DNA from: Trypethelium eluteriae
Taxonomy: Eukaryota
Direction of reading: 5' to 3'
Assembly (NCBI GenBank): GCA_051942245.1
Contig: JAVECL010000242.1
Coordinates: forward strand, 1-33,471
Length of the DNA stretch: 33,471 nucleotides
The notes beneath the pieces were generated by a model. That model worked only from the letters and a program-made list of their open reading frames with translations, was not told the origin of the DNA and did no database searches. The stretch's first letter is position 1; the number at the start of each line of letters is the position of its first letter. Both the position numbers and the translations under genes were made by a program. This document shows, piece after piece, positions 1-10,275 of the stretch.

Positions 1-1
1 T

Positions 2-1780
2 TCATTGTGCGGCCAATATTTGGATCCATTGGCTCGTCCAATATAGTGATCCATTGGTTCGTCCAATATATTGATCCTTTGTAGATGTGGTGGTAGCCAA
101 CGGTGTAGCCGCTAGCGAAGGTGGTTGGATTACACCATCAACCATCCATTTCTTCGGTGATGTGGTGGAGAGGAATTTGGTTTTGGAGGATTCGGATTTC
201 TCGCTGCGCAGCTTAGAGCGTATGTTGACGACGGTGAAGGCGAACCATTGACGGAAGCGATCGCGCCAGATAGCGATATCGTCATCGCTCTTGAGGTTGA
301 TGCCACCGATGAGGGTCTGCCAGAAGACGTCGATCGTTTGCTCCCCCGTTGGGACATAGATGGGTCCGAGGTTGTTGAGCATGGCGAACATCAGGCCGAA
401 GCGCTCATTAGGAGCTGTGCCTGATGTGCGCATCTTCAGACGCTTATCTTGATTGTATGGGTCGTCATCATATCTCGTCCAGCTCCAGATTGATTCTCCG
501 ACTTCCTTGATGACATCCCATTTTGCCGCTCTGACCCGGAGTGTCTTGCCATTAATATGAAAGTCGCTTCCCTGCGAAACAAACGGCTCTCTGAATGTTG
601 GACAACCGCAGTAGCGTAGAGGCTTTGGGCGTAGAGGTGTGTTCAGGTCTGGCACCCATGATGGGAGACCTTCGGTTCCCGGAAGAGTGCCGCCAACGAG
701 CGACAGCAAGAATACTGCCACCTCGGGCCAAAGACGTTCCGAGGCATAGGAGATATAAATCTCTAATGTGGTTGACCGGTAGTCGAAGGAAGATGGCTTT
801 TCCTGTTTCAGCAGAGCGGCACCCGCAATGACCTTGTCTTTCATCTCTGTTGCACGTCTGACACGGATTATGCTGAGGTACTCCTCAGCTGAATAGCGCT
901 TGCCGTTCTTGAATTCTTCTCGCTCTTCGAAAAGAGTGGCCCTCCGTTCAAGATACCTACGGAGTGTCAGAAATGTTACGTTCATTCCAACCTGTGTTGA
1001 TAGAGGATCGGCAGCATAAAAGTCAATAATTCGAGATGCTGTCCTCACAATAGACTCTGGCTTTATTTCTCGGCTACCCATCAAGATCTTGAAATGGGAT
1101 GCAAGTAGAAACTCTTGAAGCGTCCATGCTCTTGCGAACCATTGACGGCCAAGTACCAACAAGGCACCCAACCAGTGGTAGTGGTCGCCGATCGAATTTG
1201 ATATTGAGGAAATCACATCCAAAGAACGACTTATCTTGTTCATGTTCATTTTAGATTCGCTAGTCGGCGGAGTTTGCACAGGTTGCAGAGCCTCGTCCGG
1301 TAAGCTTTCCATAAAATCGAGAGCACTGTCTCGAACCATGGACATCTTCCCAAGCCATATGATTACACATTTCGCAGAAGTATAAATGTCAACCATGATG
1401 CTCAATTGAGCAGCTTTTTCATCTCGGTCATTTTGGTTGATACATATTTGATCCGCCCAGATTGGATCATGGCACTTTTGCCGACGGAGTTCGGTCAAAG
1501 CATGGTATAGATTCATAGTGACATGGTGCGTCTTCCCATTGCAGAGGATTGGCCTCTCCTCTTTCTTTGTATCTTCCGCAAATTCCAATTTGAAAGTGTC
1601 GAATTGTGGATCCAAGTCCCATGTGTACGAGAGAGCCTGGAAAGACGGTTTCTGGTCGAGTTCTACTTCCAAGACGTCACAAGAAATCACGTCCGTGTCG
1701 TTTCCGTCATGAATTTCCAGAAGCCTGATATATCTCGGACCGCTCAGTGAAGGGTATATGAACTCCTCTTGGAATTTAAT
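2..1780 (-). CDS. HET (heterokaryon incompatibility, HET-6-like) domain protein; 5' exon unresolved, 3' end probably disrupted or spliced near 134
   Basis: The frame is open from 1780, after a TAG acceptor at 1783-1781, and reads IKFQEEFIYPSLSGPRYIRLLEI. HET motifs follow: FQALSYTW, NLYHALTELR, IWADQICINQNDRDEKAAQLSIMVDIYTSAKCVIIWLG, WFARAWTLQE, DKV and LPSWVPD. The last ~43 codons do not look HET-like. Confidence 0.9.
   Translation of the reverse strand: MKFQEEFIYPSLSGPRYIRLLEIHDGNDTDVISCDVLEVELDQKPSFQALSYTWDLDPQFDTFKLEFAEDTKKEERPILCNGKTHHVTMNLYHALTELRRQKCHDPIWADQICINQNDRDEKAAQLSIMVDIYTSAKCVIIWLGKMSMVRDSALDFMESLPDEALQPVQTPPTSESKMNMNKISRSLDVISSISNSIGDHYHWLGALLVLGRQWFARAWTLQEFLLASHFKILMGSREIKPESIVRTASRIIDFYAADPLSTQVGMNVTFLTLRRYLERRATLFEEREEFKNGKRYSAEEYLSIIRVRRATEMKDKVIAGAALLKQEKPSSFDYRSTTLEIYISYASERLWPEVAVFLLSLVGGTLPGTEGLPSWVPDLNTPLRPKPLRYCGCPTFREPFVSQGSDFHINGKTLRVRAAKWDVIKEVGESIWSWTRYDDDPYNQDKRLKMRTSGTAPNERFGLMFAMLNNLGPIYVPTGEQTIDVFWQTLIGGINLKSDDDIAIWRDRFRQWFAFTVVNIRSKLRSEKSESSKTKFLSTTSPKKWMVDGVIQPPSLAATPLATTTSTKDQYIGRTNGSLYWTSQWIQILAAQ
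13..77. repeat. 25-bp tandem repeat, about 2.5 copies
   Basis: gatccattggctcgtccaatatagt (23-47), gatccattggttcgtccaatatatt (48-72) and gatcc (73-77), with a partial unit at 13-22. Each unit contains an attgg...ccaat inverted repeat. Confidence 0.85.
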
Positions 1781-2261
1781 CTATATAAATCAGTGTCTCA
1801 CTCATGGTCGCCAGAGGGTTGGACCTTTTGCTCGTTACGACCCCTCACGAACTGTTTTGCCCCAAGGGACATGGACTTGCCGGAAACCTCGCCCAACTTG
1901 GCCTTGAGAAAGTCGCCACGCTTGAACATGATGAGGTAGTTATCTTCCTGGAATCATTCTTCTACTTGAAGCTTCAAAGACCAATGCTCTTGAAATTTTG
2001 AAGGATGCGAAAACTCCCGCATGCGGCTTGGCATTCTGCACCAATTTGATGACCAAGCTCCAGGCGTTGCCCCACCTTAACCGGTGAGATCCAAGATCGG
2101 AGAAAAAGGATGGATGGGTTGGATCCAGAGCCACTAAAATATTCTGACTCACCTTTTTCCTTTTACTTTGACATAAATCGTGATGGTTCGAGAGGCTTTT
2201 TTGTGTATTGCATAAGAAGAAGGAGTGGTCTACAAATAATCAGACGTCTCCAAGACTCGCG

Positions 2262-3016
2262 ATGCAGTTCAAGCTAATCAACGGTGCACGCGATCACCAT
2301 TCTCCACCTTCAGACCCCTCCTCAGAGCCCTTCACCCTAACGGCAAAGGCAGGGTCAGACATATGGCGAGTACCAAAGTCGGTAGGAAGCCGTGATGACT
2401 TTGCCGGTGTCATCTACGCAACAAGCATGCACCTGTACGTACAAGTGGTCCTTGGAGACCATAGTTTTTAGTCGCTACATCAGCAGACAGGCCTTATCCC
2501 TTTCCTCGTGGCTGTTCGAGTGCACGTTAGACCGCTGTTCGGCTACTAAAATAACCTAGAAAATCTTTCAAGAGAGCCACGGTCAAAGTCTCAGCAGATT
2601 GGAAATCTCAGTATGCCCAAGGCGGCCTTATCCTTTTCTACCCGGCGGAAGAGTCTGCGAATCCATCATCAAGCAATCCTCCGCAGTGGATTAAAACCGG
2701 CATAGAATTCGAGGATAATAAGACCTTTGCCTCGGTTGTAACAGCGGCACCATGGTCGGACTGGAGTCTGCAGCAGTGGAATCACACGGCACTTACGGTT
2801 GAGGCGGTTCGCGAAAGGAATGGACTGTGGATCTATGCGGTGGACGGCAGTGAGAGATTACCGTTGAGACAGGTTACTTGGGCTTTCGAGGGGCAGGACG
2901 AGGAGAAGGTTGTCGAAGTAGGCGTGTTTGCAGCAATGCCGAAGGGGCTTGAGGGTGTCGAAGGCGGTGGAGAGTTGAGCGTGAGATTTGAAGATTTCGA
3001 GGTTGCCACAGTATAG
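2262..3016 (+). CDS. DUF1349 / Ree1-like (concanavalin A-like fold) protein, 2 exons (2262-2434, 2560-3016), ~209 aa
   Basis: Exon 1 encodes FTLTAKAGSDIWRVP. An intron gtacgt...ctaaa...tag (2435-2559) joins in frame to KSFKRATVKVSADWKSQYAQGGLILF...WIKTGIEF...SVV...WSDWS...PLRQVTW...VGVFAAMP...LSVRFEDFEV, which is the DUF1349 pattern. Exon 2 is not in the ORF track. Confidence 0.88.
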
Positions 3017-3873
3017 AAGAATGAAATTTAGAAAGGCATTAATACTTAAGGAAAGGAGAATAGCCAAGAAGCTGCACATGACTGGATCCTCTCTAGATCT
3101 ATCGAGGCTGATAAGGACAATTTAGTGAACGCTTGAATTAAGGAAAAGAGAACTATGCTTATATCGCTATACCGTACTTGGCATCTTGCCTCGCTGACGA
3201 GTGCGAGTCTACGGACGAAAATGCACCAAATTTTGGATCGAGACATCGTCGTGCATGCTCAGATACGGCAGAACATGCTACAGAAGATGATGGAGTACCA
3301 GAAAGGGCTACCAAAAGTATCTTACGGGTTCACTGTTCGACGTGGAGGCAAAAGAGTTGCCGACTGCTGCTAGACCCGTCCATGATCAAGTTTGTGCAGA
3401 GAAAGAATATGTCCACAGGGAAGCACCCAACTCCAGCCCTCTCCAACCCGTCGTATTATACAGAGATGACCATGCTAGATGCCGAATCCGAACTGACAAT
3501 ACGCTTGCCTCTAGTGAATGTCCTCGTCTAGAGCCTCTGATCCGATGGCGAGAATCATCAATTGTTGCGAAATCAACCACGATATCGCCAAGCCAATGTT
3601 CTTGGACAACCAGACGCCCAGCAAAATATGCAAGCATTGCTATTCCTCGGAAACAAACGCTTAAAAGGAACTTTGTAACCGGCTTTTGGAAGATATGCCC
3701 GTCATGACCATGACGGTTCGTATGCTCGCTTCAACGCATCAGCAACGGCTTATGCAGAACTCGAGATGACGATGCAATTTTGGGGAGTAGGGCTGGAAAA
3801 CGCCTCCGCTCCGATACGAAAGCTAGCTGCGATCCTTGGTGAATAGAAAGAGTTGAGACTGCTCCTAGGGAAT

Positions 3874-5919
3874 CTACCCTTTTCCTTCCTTCTCTTCATT
3901 TTTTTCGTTGTATATATCCATACCCATCGGAAAGGGAGGCGAACTGTACCGGGTAGGGCTGTGATGAACCTGTGCAGGCACTTCAAGCGTGTCGCTTCGC
4001 ACTCTCGGCGGGGTGGAACTGCCCTCACCACGACGATCTGACGCAACACTGCGATTGAGGCTGCTCGCCCTCGAGCGCTGCTCGGGATGCACAGGCGTGG
4101 CGTTGCCTGCCGAGTCCCGGCGCGGATTATATGCATCTCTGATCTGAGTTAAATCGGGATTTCGGTGTTCCTCGCCTGGAATCTCGGGGAAGTCCAGCGC
4201 CTTCCCGCGCTTGAACTCGGAGTCGTCAAACCAGTCGCGGTGTGCGTTGCCAAAAAAGTTACCCATTGCGGTTAATGCCTTTGCGACTTTGCGTCTGCCA
4301 CCTACGTCGACGGTCCGAATTCGCTCCACCTGGTGGCTCTGGGTTGGGACTACATGGATGGAGTGAGAGGACGATGTAGAGAGGCGCGTGCTGGCTTGCT
4401 GCATTTCTGGCAAAACAGCTGCATGCTGCGGGGTCATCTCGTCCGTGCTGCCATCGAGGCTTCGAGCGTCTCTGCTATTAGGAGAACTGCCCATAGTCCG
4501 CAAATTGCGCGGAATCGAAGACTGATTGTCGTCAAGGTGATGATGTGAGCAGTTACAATGATGCATAGAAGCGTCCGCATTCGGTGCTGCCTTTATAACA
4601 TCTTCATTCCCTGCGAGGAGCACGTAAAGCGAGCCTAGTGCAGCAAGTCCAGTGCCGACAATAGGTGCCCATTGGCCTGTGGAGTGCGTGAAATTTGTGA
4701 GCGGCCTTGATCGACTAACGAGAGGAGTCCACTTACCAATGCTGCGTATGGGCTCAGTTTGCCACATTACTTGATGACTGAAAAAGTTGCTTTCACCTAG
4801 GATGAGAATTGCCAGAACTGCGCCACTGAACACAGGGACCTCCACGACACTGAGAAACAGTCTGATCATGTCATTAACGCCCCTCATCCTTCCGATAGTG
4901 GCCCCATTCGTGCCTTCGATCAACTCGTCCATCCGCTCGCTCTCATCTGCAATACCGAAACGTGCTTTCCAATTGATCTCGACAATCTTGTTCCACATCG
5001 ATACGAGCGACAGGATAGCAGGAATGCAGCATGCGGCAGCAAGTAGAGTAGCCGTGTTGAAAGTTAGTTTCTCCGGCATGGGAATTACATAGATGTTGTT
5101 TGTGGAACCGCCCCTCAATCGGGAAGAGGGGCCTGATGCAATGCTGCAGGTAAGGGTGCAATCAGGACTTTGATCGTATGGAAATTGGCCTGGGCTAGAG
5201 GGAATGGGTTCACCAGAGCTGTTATGGGTACATTTGAACGGTTGAATGCGGTAGAACTCGACGGTCAAGCTTAGTAACCCTTAAAGGATGGACTGAGTTA
5301 GAGAACGAGATCTTCACGGAGTCAATGAGGCAGCTACTCACCGGCAAGGATCAAGACAGTCCACAAAAAGATCATGTTCCGTCCTGGATCAAAAAAATAC
5401 GTCCGCGATAGGCGGACTGTTACAGGAGCAGCCAAGATGCCTATAGAGCATAGCTGAAATGCTCCATAAACATCCATATCCACAGCGCCTGAAGTTGCAA
5501 ACTGTGGGTAAGCTATGATAGCAGAGGCTTGGCACTTCAGACTCACCATCGACGTGCATTGCCGCGAGGACGATACCATGAAGGGCGGCGACAGCGGGGA
5601 AAAGCAAAGCAGCTGCCAAGCAAGCGTTCCTTAGCCATTCTGCTTTTTGAGCAACTACACAAGCTGCTACGAGAACGTAATACCTATAACGAGAAGAAAT
5701 GGTGTCAATTAGCCGGACGCTAAGTAGACACCAATCATCCACTGTGGAGACTTACAGGACCCTTGAGCCTGGCCCATATTGACCTGACAGAGGCCAAGCG
5801 CATACAACATACAATCCATCACCAGCCGAACCTGGAGCTTGACCGACTGCGGACGCATTGGTGGTGGCATCTCGACCGATGAGTGAATCCAGCAGTGATG
5901 GCGAGGAGAGAGCTGGCAT
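3874..5919 (-). CDS. Uncharacterised multi-pass membrane protein, 5 exons (5919-5756, 5683-5547, 5488-5342, 5279-4737, 4676-3874), ~597 aa
   Basis: Four GT-AG introns (gtaagt/gtgagt donors) stitch the ORF fragments in frame: CAWPLSGQYGPGSRVLYYVLVAAC...VDMDVYGAFQLCSIGILAAP...ESNFFS...EPIRSIGQWAPIVGTGLAALGSLY. About 7 hydrophobic segments, then a long Ser/Pro/Arg-rich tail containing FPEIPGEEHRN. Confidence 0.85.
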
Positions 5920-6363
5920 GGGGAGTCTCGTCCAGAAGCAGGGATGAGGTGCAGGTGGAGCAGATGGCACTGAAATTCCGCGCAGATTTGGGGTCCGGAT
6001 CTCGCGCGGGAGTAGGCGCTTGCAGGGGCATATGAAGAAGAATTGCTGGATTTTGGGAGCGTGTGGCGGGAAAGAGCAGCATAGTCCGTAGGGCTGGAGA
6101 AAAGCTGAGATTGACGACTGGCTCTTGGTGCTCTCTCAAATTTGATTAGGCATCATCATCAGCCTTACACCAAAAGGCAGTCCCTTGCTCACACCAATTC
6201 GGAATGCTGCCGAAAGGAACTCGTCCCAGTACTGAGCGGCAGACGGCGCTGATGGCGATTGTGATTGCCTTTGGACGTCGTTCTGTCTGATGTGGAAACT
6301 AGTCGCGTGCTCGAGCAAGCCACGTTCAGCTCGGTGCCTTAAGGTAAGCAAATGCAGTACGAA

Positions 6364-6434
6364 GTACGGAGTACAGAGAGTATGAATGGGGTGACAGATG
6401 AGAGGAAGAGTACTCCGTACCATCTACGGAGTAC
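6364..6434. promoter_or_regulatory. Cluster of TACGGAGTAC motifs, including a perfect 10-bp inverted repeat
   Basis: GTACTCCGTA (6410-6419), CCATC spacer, TACGGAGTAC (6425-6434), plus GTACGGAGTAC at 6364-6374. It lies in the divergent intergenic region; a regulatory role is inferred. Confidence 0.45.
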
Positions 6435-7020
6435 CCTCCCCTCCCCCACTACGTAGCCCGGTGCCCGTCGCCTCACGGATCGGTTGCTCCGATCTTACCT
6501 TATTCTCCTTCAGGCTAGACGAATACTTTATGTGATTAGCTCCACAGCTCGTACGAATACCTTGGCACGCTTAGGTAGGCAGGAGCAGACACAGGGGGCA
6601 GGTGGGGGGGCTGTTCACCGCCTGGTGGCCTGTGCTGGTACCCGCCTCCCCATGGTGCCATGATGGTCTAAGCTTTCAGTCCGACACTGCCCCCCGGATC
6701 AAACCGTCGGTTATAACCTCTTTCTTGAAAAAAGTCTATTCTCGCCCTCGAGATCATGAGAATGATGGAATCAAGACAGCATTTCTCCTCTTCCGACTTG
6801 CTTGAAATGCACCGGAGACGCCAATGCGACGTCGGCAAGGAGGCTCCATGAAGTAGATCAAGTTACGACGGATTTCTCTCCAGGGTGCTGATCCAGTTAC
6901 GGGAGAAAGTGAGTGGGAATTTCGAAAGGCCTCGACGAAGCAAATAGACTGCTTATGTAACCAAGAACCCCTGCGCAGTTGTCCTGGTACCACTGGGTGT
7001 CGGGAGAAGTAATCGTCGAA

Positions 7021-9399
7021 ATGGCAGACTCTCTTGATACAAGCAAAATCAAGGAATGGCGATCAATCGTCACCCTCATCGTTTTTATCTTGACAAGTGA
7101 GTGTCAAGGATGCTTAAGCTGAATCTATTCCACACCATTGACGCTCTGGGCATTACACAGATATCGCTGTACTTTTCCCCTTCCACATCCCGCTTTACAT
7201 ACCTCGGGCTTTTACAGATTCGATCTGGAATGCCCTGAGTGCCTTGCGGATCGTATCACCAAGACCGAAAAAGGATCTCGATGATGATTGCAATGGCAAG
7301 ATCAAGCCATATGTACGCTTCAATTTTCCCATGAATTTTGTGACCGCCCCCCTAGTAGCAGATCTCTTCTTGCTCGCCATCTTGGCTATTGGTCGAGAAG
7401 AGGTGCATGATGGCACCCTTGGAGCGGACAACATTGAACCTATCGATATCATGGCCTTTTTTCTGTCACTAGCTTACATTGCCATCTCACTCGACGCCTC
7501 TGGCTTGATCAGGTATTTGGCATTTAAGGTGCTTCAATGGGGAGGCACTGTTGGACACAAGTTATTTTTCTATCTTTATGCCTTCTTTTTTGGCTTAGCC
7601 AGCTTCATTGGCAACGACCCCATCATCTTGTCTGGGACGGCATTCCTCGCCTACATGACTCGTGTCTCGAGCAACATCGTCCATCCGAGGGCTTGGATAC
7701 ATACCCAGTTCGCCGTGGCCAACATTGCTTCCGCCATCCTTGTCTCATCCAACCCGACCAATCTCGTGCTGGCCGGTGCTTTCAATATCACTTTTGTCAA
7801 GTACACGGTGAACATCATCGTTCCTGTTGTTGTTACCGGCATTGTCCTCTTTCCTTTTCTGCTGTACATTGTGTTCGCCAGCGAGCCCCTTATTCCGGTC
7901 TCCATAAAGATGCACGAACTACCCCAGGAGGCGAGGGAGAGGAAGCCAGTGAACCCAAATATCCCTCATGCTAGAGGGACCGCCGCGGAAGAGGAGAGGA
8001 ATTTAGCCGGTGGGGACGAGCACAAGCTCCTCTCTCTTGAAGAGATTATGAATCCTTTTCTAGATAAGAAGGGCGCCGCTTTTGGTGCTATCATTATGGC
8101 AACTACGCTCATAACTCTATTGGCACTGAATGCTGCTAGCCAGAAAACAGGCATCCACGCTGTTTTCTGGGTAACCTTACCAGCCGCAGTCGTCATGTTC
8201 TGCTGGGACGTTGGGTTCGGATGGATCCATCGGCACGAGACGCGTGAGATTGCACGCAAAGGTCGGCAGGAAGTTGAGCAGGCTCGAGCTGAACGGGCCA
8301 TTAGAGAGGAGGTAGCCAAGCGAGCGACTCTACAAGATAACCACGATTCAAAAGCAGCGGATATTCAGGTAACTCCACCAAATAGTCGACTTCAGAATCG
8401 AATCCACCCTGAGGGCGATCAGACTAAAGCACCGAGTGCGAACGGCGATCTACCTCCTACTCCTACTCCTGCGCTCTTTGTCTCTCAGGATGGCGATGAT
8501 TTATCTCATGTATCGCCAGTCATGATGTCACCCTCACGGGCTCAGCAATTCCAAGTTGACCAGCCACAGAACAACGCAATGGGAATGCCAGACGAGAAGC
8601 AGCAAACAAGCCTGTTAGACCCCAGTCGTCCATCAAGTAGGCCCTCGCCGGCGATATCTGATAAGGAGCTGAACGAAAAGGAGCGAGAGCTAGATCCGGA
8701 GGTAACTGAAGACACACCACGACAGGTGCGCAATCGTTCGACACTCGTATCGCTTAGCGTGGATGCGTACAGGTGGTCACAAGAGACCTTCCCTACTGCT
8801 ACAACAGTTTTTACACACTTGCCATATGCCCTGGTACCCTTTGCCTTCTCGATGTTTGTCCTTGTACAAGCCTTGGTCACAAAAGGCTGGGTCCCTGTAT
8901 TTGCTTATGGGTGGGATCATTGGGTGAGTAAGACTGGAACGGTGGGCGCCATTGGTGGCATGGCGTTCCTCTCTGTAATTCTATGCAACGTAAGTCGCTG
9001 TAGATGCACCCCTCTACTGTTTACACTCAGCTAATGGTCATAACCCCTGGCTAGTTTGCCGGTACAAATATCGGTACCACCATCCTCCTTTCACGCGTAA
9101 TCCAGTCATGGCAGCAAATCCACAAAGACAACCATTTACCCATTAGTGACCGGACATTCTGGGCGACCGTGTACAGCATGGCGCTTGGCGTCAACTATGG
9201 CGCATTCAGCGCAGCATTCAGCGCATCGCTGGCTGGCCTCCTCTGGCGCGACATCCTTGGTAGAAAACATATTCGCGTTAAAAGGCTCGAGTTTGCCCGC
9301 GTGAACCTTCCTATCATTGCTATTGCCATGACCGTCGGCTGTGCCGTTCTCTGTGCTGAAGTATATATTGTTAGAGACGAGTCTCCTTACGATTCATGA
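7021..9399 (+). CDS. ArsB/NhaD-like (IT superfamily; arsenical pump/citrate transporter-like) membrane transporter, 3 exons (7021-7096, 7161-8989, 9055-9399), ~749 aa
   Basis: Motifs FLSLAYIAISLDASG, FIGNDPIILSGT, ANIASAILVSSNPTNLVLA, LVPFAFSMFVLV, CNFAGTNIGTTILL and GVNYGAFS...ASLAGLLWR. Introns 7097-7160 and 8990-9054 have canonical sites and keep the frame. Confidence 0.9.
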
Positions 9400-10275
9400 C
9401 GATCCTAGCACCGTGAAGATACTTTGGAATGTGGAGGTGAAAGCCCGCTCGGGCAGCAATGCGACGGGAAAAAAGACTTTCCGGAGTCGGGTTAGACACG
9501 GGTCGAGACCGTACAGCATTAAGTCAAGAAACGATCATCTGAAGATGTTGTTATGATAATACTCCGTCTCCCTTTCCAGTACCAATCTGCTGAGTTCGGT
9601 GTCGATCTCAACGAGGGCAACAGCCGGGCTTCCGGCTGTCCTCCGTGGGAAACCCTTCTACAAAGAAAGTGGATCCAAAAAGGAGAATGACTTCTCCTTG
9701 TCATTCATGCTGTGGCTACAGGTGATAACGATACTTGGTTACCGAAGAAGAGCGGCGTTTGCATGGAAGCGTGGGCCCTCGGTTTTGTCTATCTGGGGTT
9801 GGCGTGAGGGAAAACGAAACGTGAGAGGTTTTACTTCGTGTCTATATTCCAAAAATCCAGCGAAAGCCATCATGTATGTATATAGACTTTCTCAAGACAA
9901 GACCGGAGTACGCATTTAAACCGGTAGTTGACCTTGCAAATTCCAGGACAGCGCTGCGTAACCGTTTGCCAGTATAATGATGAGCGGGTCTACTTAGATT
10001 GGCATATGCTCCAGAGCGTTAATATTGGATGCAATCTTCTGTGCCTAATGGGTCCTAGGAAAACGACCGAAAAGTGCTTGTGAATTAGTATGCATTGAAT
10101 GAGTGTCAAGACCCCGCATCACGAGGATGGTTTGATGAAAACGGCACGATGAGCGGCAATCTCCATTGGGGCTGGCGACAAAAACTGTAACTTGGACCTC
10201 TCATTGGATTTCTCTCCCTACTCGCCTCTTCTCAATCATTTTGCTGAACGAGATTGTCGCAACGCTTTCAAAGAC

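Noticed and set aside
13..77. CRISPR-like palindromic repeats
   Set aside because: No spacers, eukaryotic context, no cas genes.
3046..3710. Overlapping short ORFs between the DUF1349 and membrane protein genes
   Set aside because: No recognisable motif and no convincing splice model.
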